Source of the DNA: an uncultured Gammaproteobacteria bacterium
GTDB taxonomy: Bacteria > Pseudomonadota > Gammaproteobacteria > JABCZS01
NCBI GenBank assembly: GCA_964383495.1
Contig: CAYLHG010000003.1
Location: 17,771 to 81,770, forward strand
Direction of reading: 5' to 3'
Length of the DNA: 64,000 nucleotides
Below are positions 38,874-49,304 of this stretch, in pieces. A model generated the notes under the pieces. The model saw nothing but the letters and a program-made list of their open reading frames with translations. It ran no database searches and was not told the DNA's origin. The position numbers and the translations under genes are program-made. The number at the start of each line of letters is the position of its first letter. Position 1 is the stretch's first letter.

Positions 38874-41432
38874 TGATGGATGATTTCTTTGGCTTTGTCT
38901 AACATACATCGGCATTGTAGCCTGCTTGTTAAATATTTCATTTGTTTTATCTAACATTTTGTTTGCTGCAGCTTCCCTATCGCTCTCACTATTGATAGTA
39001 ATTCCTGTACGAAAGGATGTCATGGAAGTGCTTTCACTGGGAGCCGTCCGAGCAATCAGCTTTGGCATAGTTATAATATAGCTTACGATGCCGTGTATGA
39101 ATTCTTCATAATCTGTGTTACTTGTGATGAGTATGACATCTTTAGGTTTGATGTTTTCAAGAAGGTGTAAAAATTCTTCTCCCATATGCCCTAAATACTC
39201 ATTACAATCATCTAGAACCCAAATAATATTTCCTGTTATACGATTTCTTGTTGCCTTGATACCACCATGGCTTTTAACGCTTTCTGGGTTTAAATAAATC
39301 GACTGCATGCCTTGCTGTACCAATATTTTTATGACGGAAATAACTAAATGTGTTTTCCCTTCTCCGGCTTTACCGTGCAAAAACATTCCAATCGCTCTAT
39401 CTTGATGTTCATTGGCAAGGGCTTTAAGGACACGCTGTGCATCTTCGTACCATGATTTTTGCTGCTCACTCTTGAGAGTGTAGTTGCTCAGCTGCGAACA
39501 ATAATTTTCTACGGGGATAAGATCTGTCATTTTATGAAAGAAAAAAAGATCGCTATGAAGTAACTTTAAATTTCCTTCTGTCATGTTACCTAAACTCTCC
39601 TGCGTCACAGCTTGATTTTTTACTTCAAGCGCTGGGTAGAAGCGGGATAACTCTGTTGCGAATATGAACGAAATACCTTTATTGTAATCCTGAATGCTCC
39701 GAAGTAATTCTGCGCGTAATTCAACATCACCGGCAGCACCATGGACCCTCTCGGACCGCATCCGCTTGGTTTGTTCGGCGTAGAGCAGTGCATTTCTTTC
39801 TATGCAGCCCAATAATTCACGAAAACGACGAAACAAACGCTCAGAATCTCTCGTGTCCACTGTCTTAAAGAACCGCATAAACTCAATAGGGCTTACATCT
39901 GTTTCCACACATAAATAATCACCATACTGGTGACAATGAATAATAATTTTTCTCAACTCTTCATTATAAGATGTATAAGTTTCAAGATGATTAAATACCC
40001 ATACCCTTGTTTTACTATTGCTCAAACTTTGAGGATGATATTTACGCAAATATTCTGAGGCAAGCCATGTCTGGTGAACACCCAGAGCATCTCGCTCCAT
40101 CTCCTTGAGGTTAACTTCAATAAAAACTGCTTCGGGAAGATCGGGTAACTGCTTCCGCGCCCCTTTACCCCAAAATAGAGTCTGGAAGGCGAATTTAGAG
40201 TTGTTGGGCTCAAATGCCATCCTCTCAGAAGCAGAAGGAAGCCAGGCGGGAAGAGGGGGCTCATAATAACTGGAAGAAGAGGAACTGGAAGAAGAGGAAG
40301 AATTAGCATGAGAAAGGGCGTTGTTGGTAGTGCCAGCGTATAAATCATCGATAGCATCTATAATCCACTCTCCATCTCCATCAGCTCTAACTTGCAGAAA
40401 AGTTGTTGAACCATCATCAAGGGGCCGTATAATAGGCCTTCTAGAACCCGCATTTGTTACCTGCTTTTTTTGTTGTTCTTGTTCTTTTTTCTCTTCCTCC
40501 CTCGCAATTCTCAACGCTATTACTACCGATTCATCGAGTTGTTGGGGTGCTACTGACGCTGACGTTCCCCCAGCAGAAGACCTTTTCAGGTGAAGCAGAG
40601 TAAGCATGGTAGCAACACAGCGTAATACAGGCTTATAAACTGGCGGTTGCAATAAAGCTACAGCAACTTTACTCCACCCTACTGATTCTGATAAAAATAA
40701 TGACGCTGAGTCTAGCTGCAGCAAAACCTTTGCAACGTGGAGCTTGTGGTCGCCGTGATATGCTCTCTTGATAATTTCTTTCAAAATGGCCGCAGTATGT
40801 TGATCTCCAACAATATCTTCCAGATAACTTTCTAAAAGCGTAGCGCAATATGTTACCTCTTCACCTTCTTTTATAGCCTGAATAATGGGCGTTAAATTAT
40901 CATCCTCACTTGCCAAAGTCGCATAGCTTATTGATAGAGAAGGAGAAAACCGCACCGTTCTATGAAGCAAGAGTCTCGGCCTTTTTACAGGTAACCATGG
41001 CATCTCTGCGATGCTAGTATCGCCCTGTGGCAGTGCTCTCTTTTTTAATTCGGGGAAAGCAGGATCCATGCAACTAGCATCCACAAGACCGCCATCAAGC
41101 AGCTTCCTTCTTTCATTCTCTTCATAGCGTTCTAATAGGCGTATAAGGCTATGAGTAAGTAATTTAGCATGTTTTTGTAAGCAGCTCCGCCCCAGCAAAG
41201 TCCACTGCAGCTCTCCTGAAACCTTAATAACAAAAGGAAAAACTTCGGCAACCAAGCTAAAAAATCGCTCCTTTTCTTGTGGAGAAGCCAGCTCATTGAG
41301 AGCTTCAACGACTTTATCGTCTCTAAAAGGTGCAGCAAGGAAGCCAAATTGCATAAAATAAGCGCTAAGCGCCTTTTTAGCATCGTCTTTATTAGTTTCC
41401 GCTAAATGTAGAATAGCTTTAGAATCAAACAT
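38832..41432 (-). CDS. Hypothetical 866-aa protein with poly-Ser tract and C-terminal P-loop NTPase-like domain
   Basis: Walker A-like HGKAGEGKTH and Walker B-like IIWVLDDCNE near the C-terminus. A run of 11-12 Ser mid-protein. 3' end overlaps the convergent RimK-like gene by 42 bp. Confidence 0.55.
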   Translation of the reverse strand: MFDSKAILHLAETNKDDAKKALSAYFMQFGFLAAPFRDDKVVEALNELASPQEKERFFSLVAEVFPFVIKVSGELQWTLLGRSCLQKHAKLLTHSLIRLLERYEENERRKLLDGGLVDASCMDPAFPELKKRALPQGDTSIAEMPWLPVKRPRLLLHRTVRFSPSLSISYATLASEDDNLTPIIQAIKEGEEVTYCATLLESYLEDIVGDQHTAAILKEIIKRAYHGDHKLHVAKVLLQLDSASLFLSESVGWSKVAVALLQPPVYKPVLRCVATMLTLLHLKRSSAGGTSASVAPQQLDESVVIALRIAREEEKKEQEQQKKQVTNAGSRRPIIRPLDDGSTTFLQVRADGDGEWIIDAIDDLYAGTTNNALSHANSSSSSSSSSSSYYEPPLPAWLPSASERMAFEPNNSKFAFQTLFWGKGARKQLPDLPEAVFIEVNLKEMERDALGVHQTWLASEYLRKYHPQSLSNSKTRVWVFNHLETYTSYNEELRKIIIHCHQYGDYLCVETDVSPIEFMRFFKTVDTRDSERLFRRFRELLGCIERNALLYAEQTKRMRSERVHGAAGDVELRAELLRSIQDYNKGISFIFATELSRFYPALEVKNQAVTQESLGNMTEGNLKLLHSDLFFFHKMTDLIPVENYCSQLSNYTLKSEQQKSWYEDAQRVLKALANEHQDRAIGMFLHGKAGEGKTHLVISVIKILVQQGMQSIYLNPESVKSHGGIKATRNRITGNIIWVLDDCNEYLGHMGEEFLHLLENIKPKDVILITSNTDYEEFIHGIVSYIITMPKLIARTAPSESTSMTSFRTGITINSESDREAAANKMLDKTNEIFNKQATMPMYVRQSQRNHPSSDGGSRGGANFGF

Positions 41433-41511
41433 ATATACTTCTCATTTATGATCAAAGTATATATTCTAACTTATCTCCAATGAAAAGACAAACATTTGCC
41501 AGGGGCTTGGC

Positions 41512-42696
41512 TTAATTGGAAGCACCAGCAATAAAGTAAGACAATACATCTGGCTCGTCCACCGTATTGCACTCCGTTGAAGGTGGGTGCGGGCGATTAG
41601 CAGGAGGCACTACAGGGTATATCTGAGAGTGGAAAGTTTTTTCCCCTGCTTCTATCGACGCGTATGAAGGCGCAGAGCAGATGTAGGTGTTGAGCACTTT
41701 TCTAATATAGAACACGTAGGTTCGATCTTCGTAACGAATCGGCTTTACAGCATGTCGCGTCCACATGCCTCCCTTACTGGGCTCTACCCAAATGACCTCA
41801 TCATCACCCGACCATAGCGCTTCGGTAAGCGGCGCACTTGTCATTCTGGTACGGCCTTTACCCTCTTCGCCGTTGTAATATAATTGCAATTCGTTATTAA
41901 CGCTCAACACGCCAATCGGCGTTTTTGCTGGCAATGAAATTTTGCCTGAACGATGCAACGCATCCCATTGATTATTTTTTGCATTATAACGATGAAAAGC
42001 AGCGTAATTTCCATCGCGGATTAACCATAACGTTTCTTTATCCCCATTATCTAACGTTAATGTTATTAAACTTGCGGGCTGCTTGTTTTTTGAGCTTTTA
42101 ACTGGCACATCTTTACATGACAACGCGCTATTTGCTGATGCCGCGCAACGCAACGAAGCGGGATAATGTTTCCCACCTTTATCATAATATGCCAGCAACA
42201 TTGCATCTCCTTCAGGCGTCAATGCAGTAGAAAGATGATCATGTTCAGGGTGGCCTTTCACATTTAACGCTTGATATTCGCGTTTACCAGGACCGTCTTG
42301 AGTATGCGCGATTAAATCATCTAAACTATCAAAATAATTGTAAATAAGATGGCGGCCCTCTTCACGATGACGCCCAATTAAATATAATTTATCTGCAAAC
42401 TTTATAGGAGCAGGGGAGAAACCACCCGCTGTGAGCACAGAAGTTTTAAGCTCATAATGCATTTCATCCCACAATAAAGTGCCTTGATTATCTGCACGGC
42501 CCACCATAAAACCCACTTTTTGGTGCTTCCCTGGCACGCGGTAAAATAACACAAGCACTTCTTGTCCTGCGCTATCTTCCATCACAATCGCATCCGGCGT
42601 TAAAGGCGGATCTTGAATGCCACCCATATCAGCCCCAAATGAAGCAAGTACAGGTATTACGGCTAAACATAATGCGATGATCGCTTTTTTCATCAT
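41512..42696 (-). CDS. Secreted paralog family member 1 (signal peptide; beta-strand-rich repeats)
   Basis: Shares GPDAIVM.D..G.(D/E)(V/A)LV.FYR, LYL(F/I)GR, H.IYN.F..L.DLIAHT and DHLS.A motifs with the next three genes. Confidence 0.6.
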   Translation of the reverse strand: MMKKAIIALCLAVIPVLASFGADMGGIQDPPLTPDAIVMEDSAGQEVLVLFYRVPGKHQKVGFMVGRADNQGTLLWDEMHYELKTSVLTAGGFSPAPIKFADKLYLIGRHREEGRHLIYNYFDSLDDLIAHTQDGPGKREYQALNVKGHPEHDHLSTALTPEGDAMLLAYYDKGGKHYPASLRCAASANSALSCKDVPVKSSKNKQPASLITLTLDNGDKETLWLIRDGNYAAFHRYNAKNNQWDALHRSGKISLPAKTPIGVLSVNNELQLYYNGEEGKGRTRMTSAPLTEALWSGDDEVIWVEPSKGGMWTRHAVKPIRYEDRTYVFYIRKVLNTYICSAPSYASIEAGEKTFHSQIYPVVPPANRPHPPSTECNTVDEPDVLSYFIAGASN

Positions 42697-42739
42697 GGTA
42701 AGATCGTTCCCTTAAAAAAATTAACTTGCTGATGATCGA

Positions 42740-43867
42740 TTATTGCGAGTCGACAAAATACCATAATCGCGGACCTGAAACTCTGTTACACGACTTACTG
42801 CGATCACACACACGTTCTGGGTCTAGTTTTGAAAAGAGTACATAAGCTCTGTCCTTAAATACAATCGGTTTAATCGCTGCTTTTACTTCAAACTGCGAAG
42901 TCACATCCGAGTCTTTAACCCAATAAGCCTTATCGTCTAATACTTCACTTACCCATGCAAATTTTTTAAGCATGCGCTCCACATTATAATGTGGATCAGA
43001 AAAATATACTTGCAGCATACCATTTATGGTAAAAGCGCCGATAGATTTATTCGCTAATGTGTGGCCAGATGAAGTGTACAATGACTCCCATGCATTTTGA
43101 GCAGGATCAAATTTGCTCAATGATAAATGACGATTCTCGCCTGCCATGACCATCACTGTTTCCATCGCGCCATTCACAGAAATAGGCGCAATAGCCATCA
43201 TACTCTTCGTATTCACATCCGGCGTAGTAACAGGTTCGCACATCAGTTCACCTACCCATCGCTCAACACAACGTGCTGAAGAAAAAGGTAAGCTTGATTT
43301 CTTTTTGTTCCTCTCGTAATAAGTGAATACAATGCTATTGTCTACTGGAGCTGCAGCAAAATAGGCCAATTCTTCATGGCCACGAATAGGTAAGGGGTTT
43401 GGATCCATACCAACATGCACATTTTTAAACTCACGATTACCCGCGCCGCTACGAGTATGTGTAATTAAATCCTCAAGATTGACAAAAGAATTGTAAATAA
43501 TATGTCTGCCATCCCCATGCGTGCGATCTCGACCAAACAAATATAATCTGTCGCCCAAAAGCACCGGCGTAGGGGGATTACCATCGGCCACCATCACAGT
43601 GTTTTTAAGCACATAATGCTCGTCTTCCCATTTCAACGCGCCACTGTCCGGCGCTGCCTCTTTTGATATGACGAAACCAACCTGATCTTTTCCTTCTAAA
43701 CGATAAAAGACAACTAATGCGTCACTCCCTGCGGCATCTTTCATCACAACCGCATCAGGTCCAACTGGAGCATTGATAACACTATTACCTATGCGAGCCT
43801 CTGTAGTAGCGGCACCTGCAACCACCGAAAAACTCAACATCCATAAACTTATTAATCGCTTGAGCAT
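42740..43867 (-). CDS. Secreted paralog family member 2
   Basis: Same motif set, signal peptide. Confidence 0.6.
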   Translation of the reverse strand: MLKRLISLWMLSFSVVAGAATTEARIGNSVINAPVGPDAVVMKDAAGSDALVVFYRLEGKDQVGFVISKEAAPDSGALKWEDEHYVLKNTVMVADGNPPTPVLLGDRLYLFGRDRTHGDGRHIIYNSFVNLEDLITHTRSGAGNREFKNVHVGMDPNPLPIRGHEELAYFAAAPVDNSIVFTYYERNKKKSSLPFSSARCVERWVGELMCEPVTTPDVNTKSMMAIAPISVNGAMETVMVMAGENRHLSLSKFDPAQNAWESLYTSSGHTLANKSIGAFTINGMLQVYFSDPHYNVERMLKKFAWVSEVLDDKAYWVKDSDVTSQFEVKAAIKPIVFKDRAYVLFSKLDPERVCDRSKSCNRVSGPRLWYFVDSQ

Positions 43868-43885
43868 TTTTTATTTCCCTCTCAA

Positions 43886-45019
43886 TCACTTTACTTCAAT
43901 ATCGCTGAAATAATACAATTTATCTGCATATTCAGCACAACCATATTTGTCGTAAAAATTACAATAAAGATCCTTAAAAAACACATAGACCCGATCACCA
44001 AAAATAATGGGCTTCACAGCATCAATACTTTCAAATGCCTCCCCGCCCATACCTTTCTTTCTTGTAGCTATTGTCCATGAAGCATCAGGAGAAAAAATTT
44101 CATCTGACACAACATGTGTTTCCAAAATATTTGCTGTTTTACTATTGTAATAAACATGTAGATTTCCATTAACCTCAACCATTCCCATGGGCAGAAAACC
44201 TTTTAAGTCATATAAAAAGATACTATGAGATTCGACCCACTCATTATGCGCGGAATTGAGCTGAAATATATCCCAAGTATTCTCACCATCTTTCACAAAT
44301 AACAATGTTTCAAGCGCTCCATTGACAGTGACTTGTGTGATCACAGTAGGTGCCTGGTATTTAGAAGTCGGCACAGTGACATCTTTACAAGAGAGCAAAT
44401 CTGTATTGGTACTCTTGGGTGTGCACCGTGATGAAGAAAAAGGCATTGCAGATGTTTTTTTCTCGTTTTTTTCATAATATGCTAACAAAACAGCACCATC
44501 AACAACAGCAGCAGATAAGTGATCAAATTCTTTATGGCCTTTTATTCCCAACTCTTTGAAAGAGCGATCACCTGATCTTTCTTCAGTATGAGCAATCAAA
44601 TCTTCTACATTTTCAAAAGAATTGTAGATAAGATCTCTTCCATCATTTTTTTCCCTCTCTCTACCAAATAAATACAACTTTCCGTCCAGCATCACAGGCG
44701 CTGGAGAAAATCCACCGGCTTTCATCACTTCTTCTTTTAATACGTGCGGTTTATCCCATAATAAATTAGCGCCATTCTCACCGACTCCTCGAGAAACAAT
44801 AAATCCTACTTTTTGGGAACTTCCTTTTAGTCGATAAAAAACAACTAACACATCGTTGCCAATGCTATCTTTCATCACAATCGCATCTGGCCCTAAAGGA
44901 AGTTTCTTTTGGATTTCGCCATTACCACCCACGAGCCCACTCACCATAGGCGCATTTGATGCAAATAAGGGGAGTGCAATGATGCTACATACCCACAACA
45001 ACAATAGTTTTTTAATCAT
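43886..45019 (-). CDS. Secreted paralog family member 3
   Basis: Same motif set. Start set at MIKKLLLLWV (ATG 45019, GAGGA RBS) rather than the ORF-track start. Confidence 0.6.
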   Translation of the reverse strand: MIKKLLLLWVCSIIALPLFASNAPMVSGLVGGNGEIQKKLPLGPDAIVMKDSIGNDVLVVFYRLKGSSQKVGFIVSRGVGENGANLLWDKPHVLKEEVMKAGGFSPAPVMLDGKLYLFGREREKNDGRDLIYNSFENVEDLIAHTEERSGDRSFKELGIKGHKEFDHLSAAVVDGAVLLAYYEKNEKKTSAMPFSSSRCTPKSTNTDLLSCKDVTVPTSKYQAPTVITQVTVNGALETLLFVKDGENTWDIFQLNSAHNEWVESHSIFLYDLKGFLPMGMVEVNGNLHVYYNSKTANILETHVVSDEIFSPDASWTIATRKKGMGGEAFESIDAVKPIIFGDRVYVFFKDLYCNFYDKYGCAEYADKLYYFSDIEVK

Positions 45020-46199
45020 TTCCATTCCTCTTTTCTTCATTAACCCAATAAAAAACTTCATCTGGAAACGAAATTGTAATAGGCTGCGGGCGAGGCCCGT
45101 TTGGTCCAGCGCCAACCCCGGTTTCTTGCTGATCCGGTATATTTCTTAAATAAAAGATATAAATGCGATCATGATATACGATTGGCTTAACAACCTCTGC
45201 TGTCATTAATAAGTTTCCTTCAGGGTCGTGCAATTTGATAGGCTTACTCCATACTACTGGCTCAGACGGCGATGCTTCATCATGGACCGGCTCTTTTGTC
45301 ACCACAGACGCTTTTGTCATCATGATAGGTGCTGATTTTTTATCTTCTTTATAATATAAATACAATTCGTGATTAAAGCTCACCGCGCCCACAGGCATTT
45401 CAGGCGGCAAATTTAATTTTGCGGAACTCTGAAAATTCATCCATGTATTTTGGTGCTCATCATAATGATGCACCCCTAAATATTTATCATCCCGCATTAA
45501 CCACAACACTGCTGTGCTGTCATCAGGAAAAGAAATGGGAACAAGTTCTGCAGGCTGCTTGTGTTTGTGACTCTCCACTAACACGTGCTGGCACGATAAT
45601 AAAGCACTATTTTGTTTGGGCTCACAACGCAAAGAAGAGGGCACTGTTTTTCCGTTTTTTTTAGTCTCGTGTTTCGCATGATAAGCCAACAAAATTGCAT
45701 CATCTCCTGGCACTGCAGCTGCAGAGAGATGATCGTGGTCCTGATGTCCCTTTATACCTAAATCTTGGAAAGGGCGATCTTTATCTCCATCAGTAGTATG
45801 AGCAATCAAATCATCTAAATTTTCAAAATAATTATAAATAAAATGTCTGCCATCTCCATGAGTGCGATTGCGGCCAAATAAATACAATTTATTATTCAAC
45901 AACACTGGCGCAGGTGAAAAACCACCTGCCATCATCACTGTTGATTTGATCGTATACGGGGCGTCATCCCATATTAATTTTGCAGAATCAGCCTGAGCCC
46001 GCCCCACCACAAAAGCTGCGCGCTGCGAATCGCCTTGTAGCCGGTAAAAAACAACCACAACGTCTTGACCTGAGCTGTCTTGCATGACGATCGCATCAGG
46101 GCCCAGGGGAATATCTTGTATGCCTAATTGGCCTTCCGTTACCGCAAAAGCCGGCAAGAATACTAACCAAATAACCCATGTGATAACTAATTGTCTCAT
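45012..46199 (-). CDS. Secreted paralog family member 4
   Basis: Same motif set. Start set at MRQLVITWVIWLV (46199). Overlaps the start of member 3 by 8 nt. Confidence 0.6.
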   Translation of the reverse strand: MRQLVITWVIWLVFLPAFAVTEGQLGIQDIPLGPDAIVMQDSSGQDVVVVFYRLQGDSQRAAFVVGRAQADSAKLIWDDAPYTIKSTVMMAGGFSPAPVLLNNKLYLFGRNRTHGDGRHFIYNYFENLDDLIAHTTDGDKDRPFQDLGIKGHQDHDHLSAAAVPGDDAILLAYHAKHETKKNGKTVPSSLRCEPKQNSALLSCQHVLVESHKHKQPAELVPISFPDDSTAVLWLMRDDKYLGVHHYDEHQNTWMNFQSSAKLNLPPEMPVGAVSFNHELYLYYKEDKKSAPIMMTKASVVTKEPVHDEASPSEPVVWSKPIKLHDPEGNLLMTAEVVKPIVYHDRIYIFYLRNIPDQQETGVGAGPNGPRPQPITISFPDEVFYWVNEEKRNGND

Positions 46200-46407
46200 T
46201 TTCCACAACCTTAGAATACCCAAAACTTCTTCAAGCATAAAGGAATCTTATGCAAATGTCCATGATATTAATTTTTCGTTAATCACATCACGGCTAACTC
46301 GTTAATATTTGAACCAGATAAAGCAGACTAACTAGCTAATTTTAACCTACCAAGCGGTTTAAACTATTTCTTAAAGCAACAAGATATGGATATAATACAG
46401 AAACCCG

Positions 46408-48612
46408 TTGCATGTAAGGATCTTGAATATGGCAATACCATTATTCTCACGCATCTCCATCCTATCCCTACTCGGGTTTACTAGCCTGGCCTGTCAGGGG
46501 AAACCGCTTGCTTGGTACGAAACCTGGCCCACGCTTCCTTCCCCAATCACCGTTCCTGCAGAGAAAAGCTTTGTAGAGCAACGCATTGCGCAAATGAGTG
46601 TGGAAGAAAAAATAGCACAAATGTTGATGGTGGAGCATAATGCTGTCACGCCTGAAACCGCTTCTGCATATAAACTGGGTGCGATGTTACACGCTGGCGG
46701 GCAAGCAACGTTTCATATACATGGGAAAAACGCTGTTTCCCTTAAATGCCGAACAGCTACCTATTTGAGCTTGAGTTGTTGGGGTGAATTGGCAGATGCC
46801 TATTGGGACGCATCCATGAAGGCATTATGGCATAACAATGCCGCTCCCATTCCTATATTATGGGGAACAGATGCCATGCACGGGGCAGGCGCTATTCACG
46901 GTGCAACACTTTTTCCGCATAATATTGGATTAGGCGCAGCATTAGTAGGTAACCCGAAAAATCTTATGTTGCTTGAACAAATGTATGAAGCAACCCGCGA
47001 ACAGGTGGCACTGCAAGGATTTCGGCAAATTTTTGGGCCAACAGTGACCGTGGCACGCAACACTCATTGGGGCCGCACTTACGAAAGCCTCTCTGAAAAT
47101 CCTATTATTCAATACGAATCTACACCTTTTGCTGTAGTAGGTATACAAAAACCATGGACAGATACTAACGGCAATCCCCAACGCATCGCAGCTACATTGA
47201 AACATTTTGTAGGGGATGGTGGAACAACCACTGGAACAGGTTATGTCACCAAAGCAATTGACGCTGGCTTTGACCCCACAGATACCGTTTATACATATCC
47301 TCGCACTGATCGCGGTTTAAATGAATATAGTGAAGAAATGTTGATCAATTTACACGCGCCGGGTTATTTTTCGGGGATTACTACAGGCGCAATGAGCGTC
47401 ATGGTTTCTCTGAGCAGTTGGCAAAACGGAAAATTACATGCTGATCATTATTTGATCCAAGAAATATTAAAAGATCGCTTACAATTTGATGGTATTGTTG
47501 TGACTGATTGGGAAGGGTTTGCGGCAGTAGAAGGCTGCTCGGTGAATGATTGCCCCGCAGCGATTAATGCTGGCATTGATTTATTCATGTTTGGTTTTGA
47601 TAAACCTAATGCATGGAAAAATTTCTACAACAACACCATACAACATATTTCAACTGGTCATATTTCCATGGATCGCATTGATGATGCCGTGCGCCGTATT
47701 TTACGTGTGAAATATCGACTGGGTTTTTTTGCGGAAAATTCATCTTATAAACCCTCGCAAACTTACTCCGCGTTTGGTTATGCTTCTATTGATGATGCTC
47801 AAAAATCACTTAACAAATGGAAAAATTTTGCTAAAATATTAGCAGAAAAATCCATGGTATTAATGAAAAACAACGAGCAAACTTTGCCATTAGCAACAAC
47901 ACAATTCACTGAAGAAACACCTTTGTTGGTTGCAGGAAATGCGCTCAACAGCCCCGCAATGCAGGTCGGCGGCTGGAGTTTATATTGGCAAGGCTTTAAA
48001 CGATCAGATAACAACCCTTTCTACAATAAAGCAGATTATCCTCAAACCATTACGGTATTGGATGCGCTGGAAAATAAAAACATTGCCATTTGCGAATATG
48101 AAAAAAATACTGCTTGTGCTGTCAAAGCTAAAACAGCACTGGTTGTCATGGGAGAACATCCTTACGCAGAATGGTATGGCGATATTCATACCGGCGATGT
48201 AAAAGGCGGGAGGCAAACCATTGCCTATAAAACCATTCGTGAAGAATATGCTGCAAATGAACAATTGGTAAAAGATTTAAAGCAAAAAGGGTACAAAGTA
48301 ATCACTGTATTTTTCTCAGGGCGTCCGCTAGTGGTTGATGCGCTAAACAACAGCGATGCTTTTATAGCAGGCTTTATCCCAGGCAGTGAAGGCGGCCCGG
48401 CTGTGGCCGACTTATTATTTGGAAAAACTTCTTTTGAAGGTCGCTTACCTTTTGCTTGGCCCACTCGCGTAGAAGATACAGCAATATTTCATGGAAAACC
48501 CAGTCATTTTCCAGGTGATAATGAAGCTTGGCTGAATGCACTGAGCAAAGAAAAGGCAATAGAAGTATTGGTGGGGCCAGAGCATCCGTATCCATATGGA
48601 TCCGGCTTATAA
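46408..48612 (+). CDS. Glycoside hydrolase family 3 (beta-glucosidase/BglX-like), probable lipoprotein
   Basis: GTDAMHG and VVTDWEG (nucleophile Asp) motifs. Lipobox SLAC after a signal peptide. True start may be 46429. Confidence 0.8.
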   Translation: MHVRILNMAIPLFSRISILSLLGFTSLACQGKPLAWYETWPTLPSPITVPAEKSFVEQRIAQMSVEEKIAQMLMVEHNAVTPETASAYKLGAMLHAGGQATFHIHGKNAVSLKCRTATYLSLSCWGELADAYWDASMKALWHNNAAPIPILWGTDAMHGAGAIHGATLFPHNIGLGAALVGNPKNLMLLEQMYEATREQVALQGFRQIFGPTVTVARNTHWGRTYESLSENPIIQYESTPFAVVGIQKPWTDTNGNPQRIAATLKHFVGDGGTTTGTGYVTKAIDAGFDPTDTVYTYPRTDRGLNEYSEEMLINLHAPGYFSGITTGAMSVMVSLSSWQNGKLHADHYLIQEILKDRLQFDGIVVTDWEGFAAVEGCSVNDCPAAINAGIDLFMFGFDKPNAWKNFYNNTIQHISTGHISMDRIDDAVRRILRVKYRLGFFAENSSYKPSQTYSAFGYASIDDAQKSLNKWKNFAKILAEKSMVLMKNNEQTLPLATTQFTEETPLLVAGNALNSPAMQVGGWSLYWQGFKRSDNNPFYNKADYPQTITVLDALENKNIAICEYEKNTACAVKAKTALVVMGEHPYAEWYGDIHTGDVKGGRQTIAYKTIREEYAANEQLVKDLKQKGYKVITVFFSGRPLVVDALNNSDAFIAGFIPGSEGGPAVADLLFGKTSFEGRLPFAWPTRVEDTAIFHGKPSHFPGDNEAWLNALSKEKAIEVLVGPEHPYPYGSGL

Positions 48613-48615
48613 ATA

Positions 48616-49038
48616 TTAAGGGATATCTTCTATCCAAATCATTAGCTTCGCCAAAGGCGTATCTTGCAATATATTAAATAATTTTTGATCAGCAGTTACC
48701 AGCAAACATTCTTCTTTTAACGCCAAAGCAACATACAGTGCATCATAGAAAGTGCACTGATATGTTATTGCTATTTGCCATGCATCATTCAGCAATAGTT
48801 CAATAGCACAGCTCTCGAGGGGTAGACGTTGAAAATCTGATAAGATTTGACATGCGTCCTCTTTAGATATTTCTTTGAAACGCTGCTTTTTCCAAAGAAT
48901 ATTCCCTATCTCAGCAAAAAGCAAATTTGGCACTAATAATTTAGTGTTTTTTTTCCACAAATTTTGTGCATGTAAAGTGTAATTTTCTGGAATAAACCAT
49001 TTAATAGCAACACATGCGTCGACTACTACTGTTTTCAC
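48616..49038 (-). CDS. vapC: PIN-domain toxin (VapC-like)
   Basis: MKTVVVDACVAIKW N-terminal acidic residue plus conserved downstream D/E positions. Stop 4 bp from the GH3 stop. Confidence 0.75.
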   Translation of the reverse strand: MKTVVVDACVAIKWFIPENYTLHAQNLWKKNTKLLVPNLLFAEIGNILWKKQRFKEISKEDACQILSDFQRLPLESCAIELLLNDAWQIAITYQCTFYDALYVALALKEECLLVTADQKLFNILQDTPLAKLMIWIEDIP

Positions 49039-49268
49039 CGGGTATCTCTATCCTCTCGCACTAATGAAGCACTGTCACTAAACGCCCCTCCCGATAAACG
49101 TTGCTGCCAAGCAGCGCTTATTTTTGCAGCGTCAGCAAAAGACACTTTGGTAGCAGTTTCAATAATGCATTTTAACTCCCCCTGCAATGATCGATGATGC
49201 TTTTTTGCTAATAATTTCAAAGAGTTAATCGTGCTGCTGTCTAAGTTACGAATGAGCAAATCAGGCAT
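49035..49268 (-). CDS. vapB: Ribbon-helix-helix antitoxin (VapB/FitA-like)
   Basis: MPDLLIRNLDSSTINSLKLLAKKHHRSLQGE, an Arc/MetJ-type N-terminal strand. Overlaps the vapC start by 4 nt. Confidence 0.65.
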   Translation of the reverse strand: MPDLLIRNLDSSTINSLKLLAKKHHRSLQGELKCIIETATKVSFADAAKISAAWQQRLSGGAFSDSASLVREDRDTR

Positions 49269-49304
49269 ATTTTCTCCTTTTGATATCATAATGATAGCAT
49301 ATTT

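Noticed and set aside
46239-46407. Single TTAATATT box in the divergent spacer between paralog 4 and the GH3 gene (PmrA-like?)
   Set aside because: Only one copy, not the tandem TTAATATT-n2-TTAATATT arrangement. Insufficient to call.
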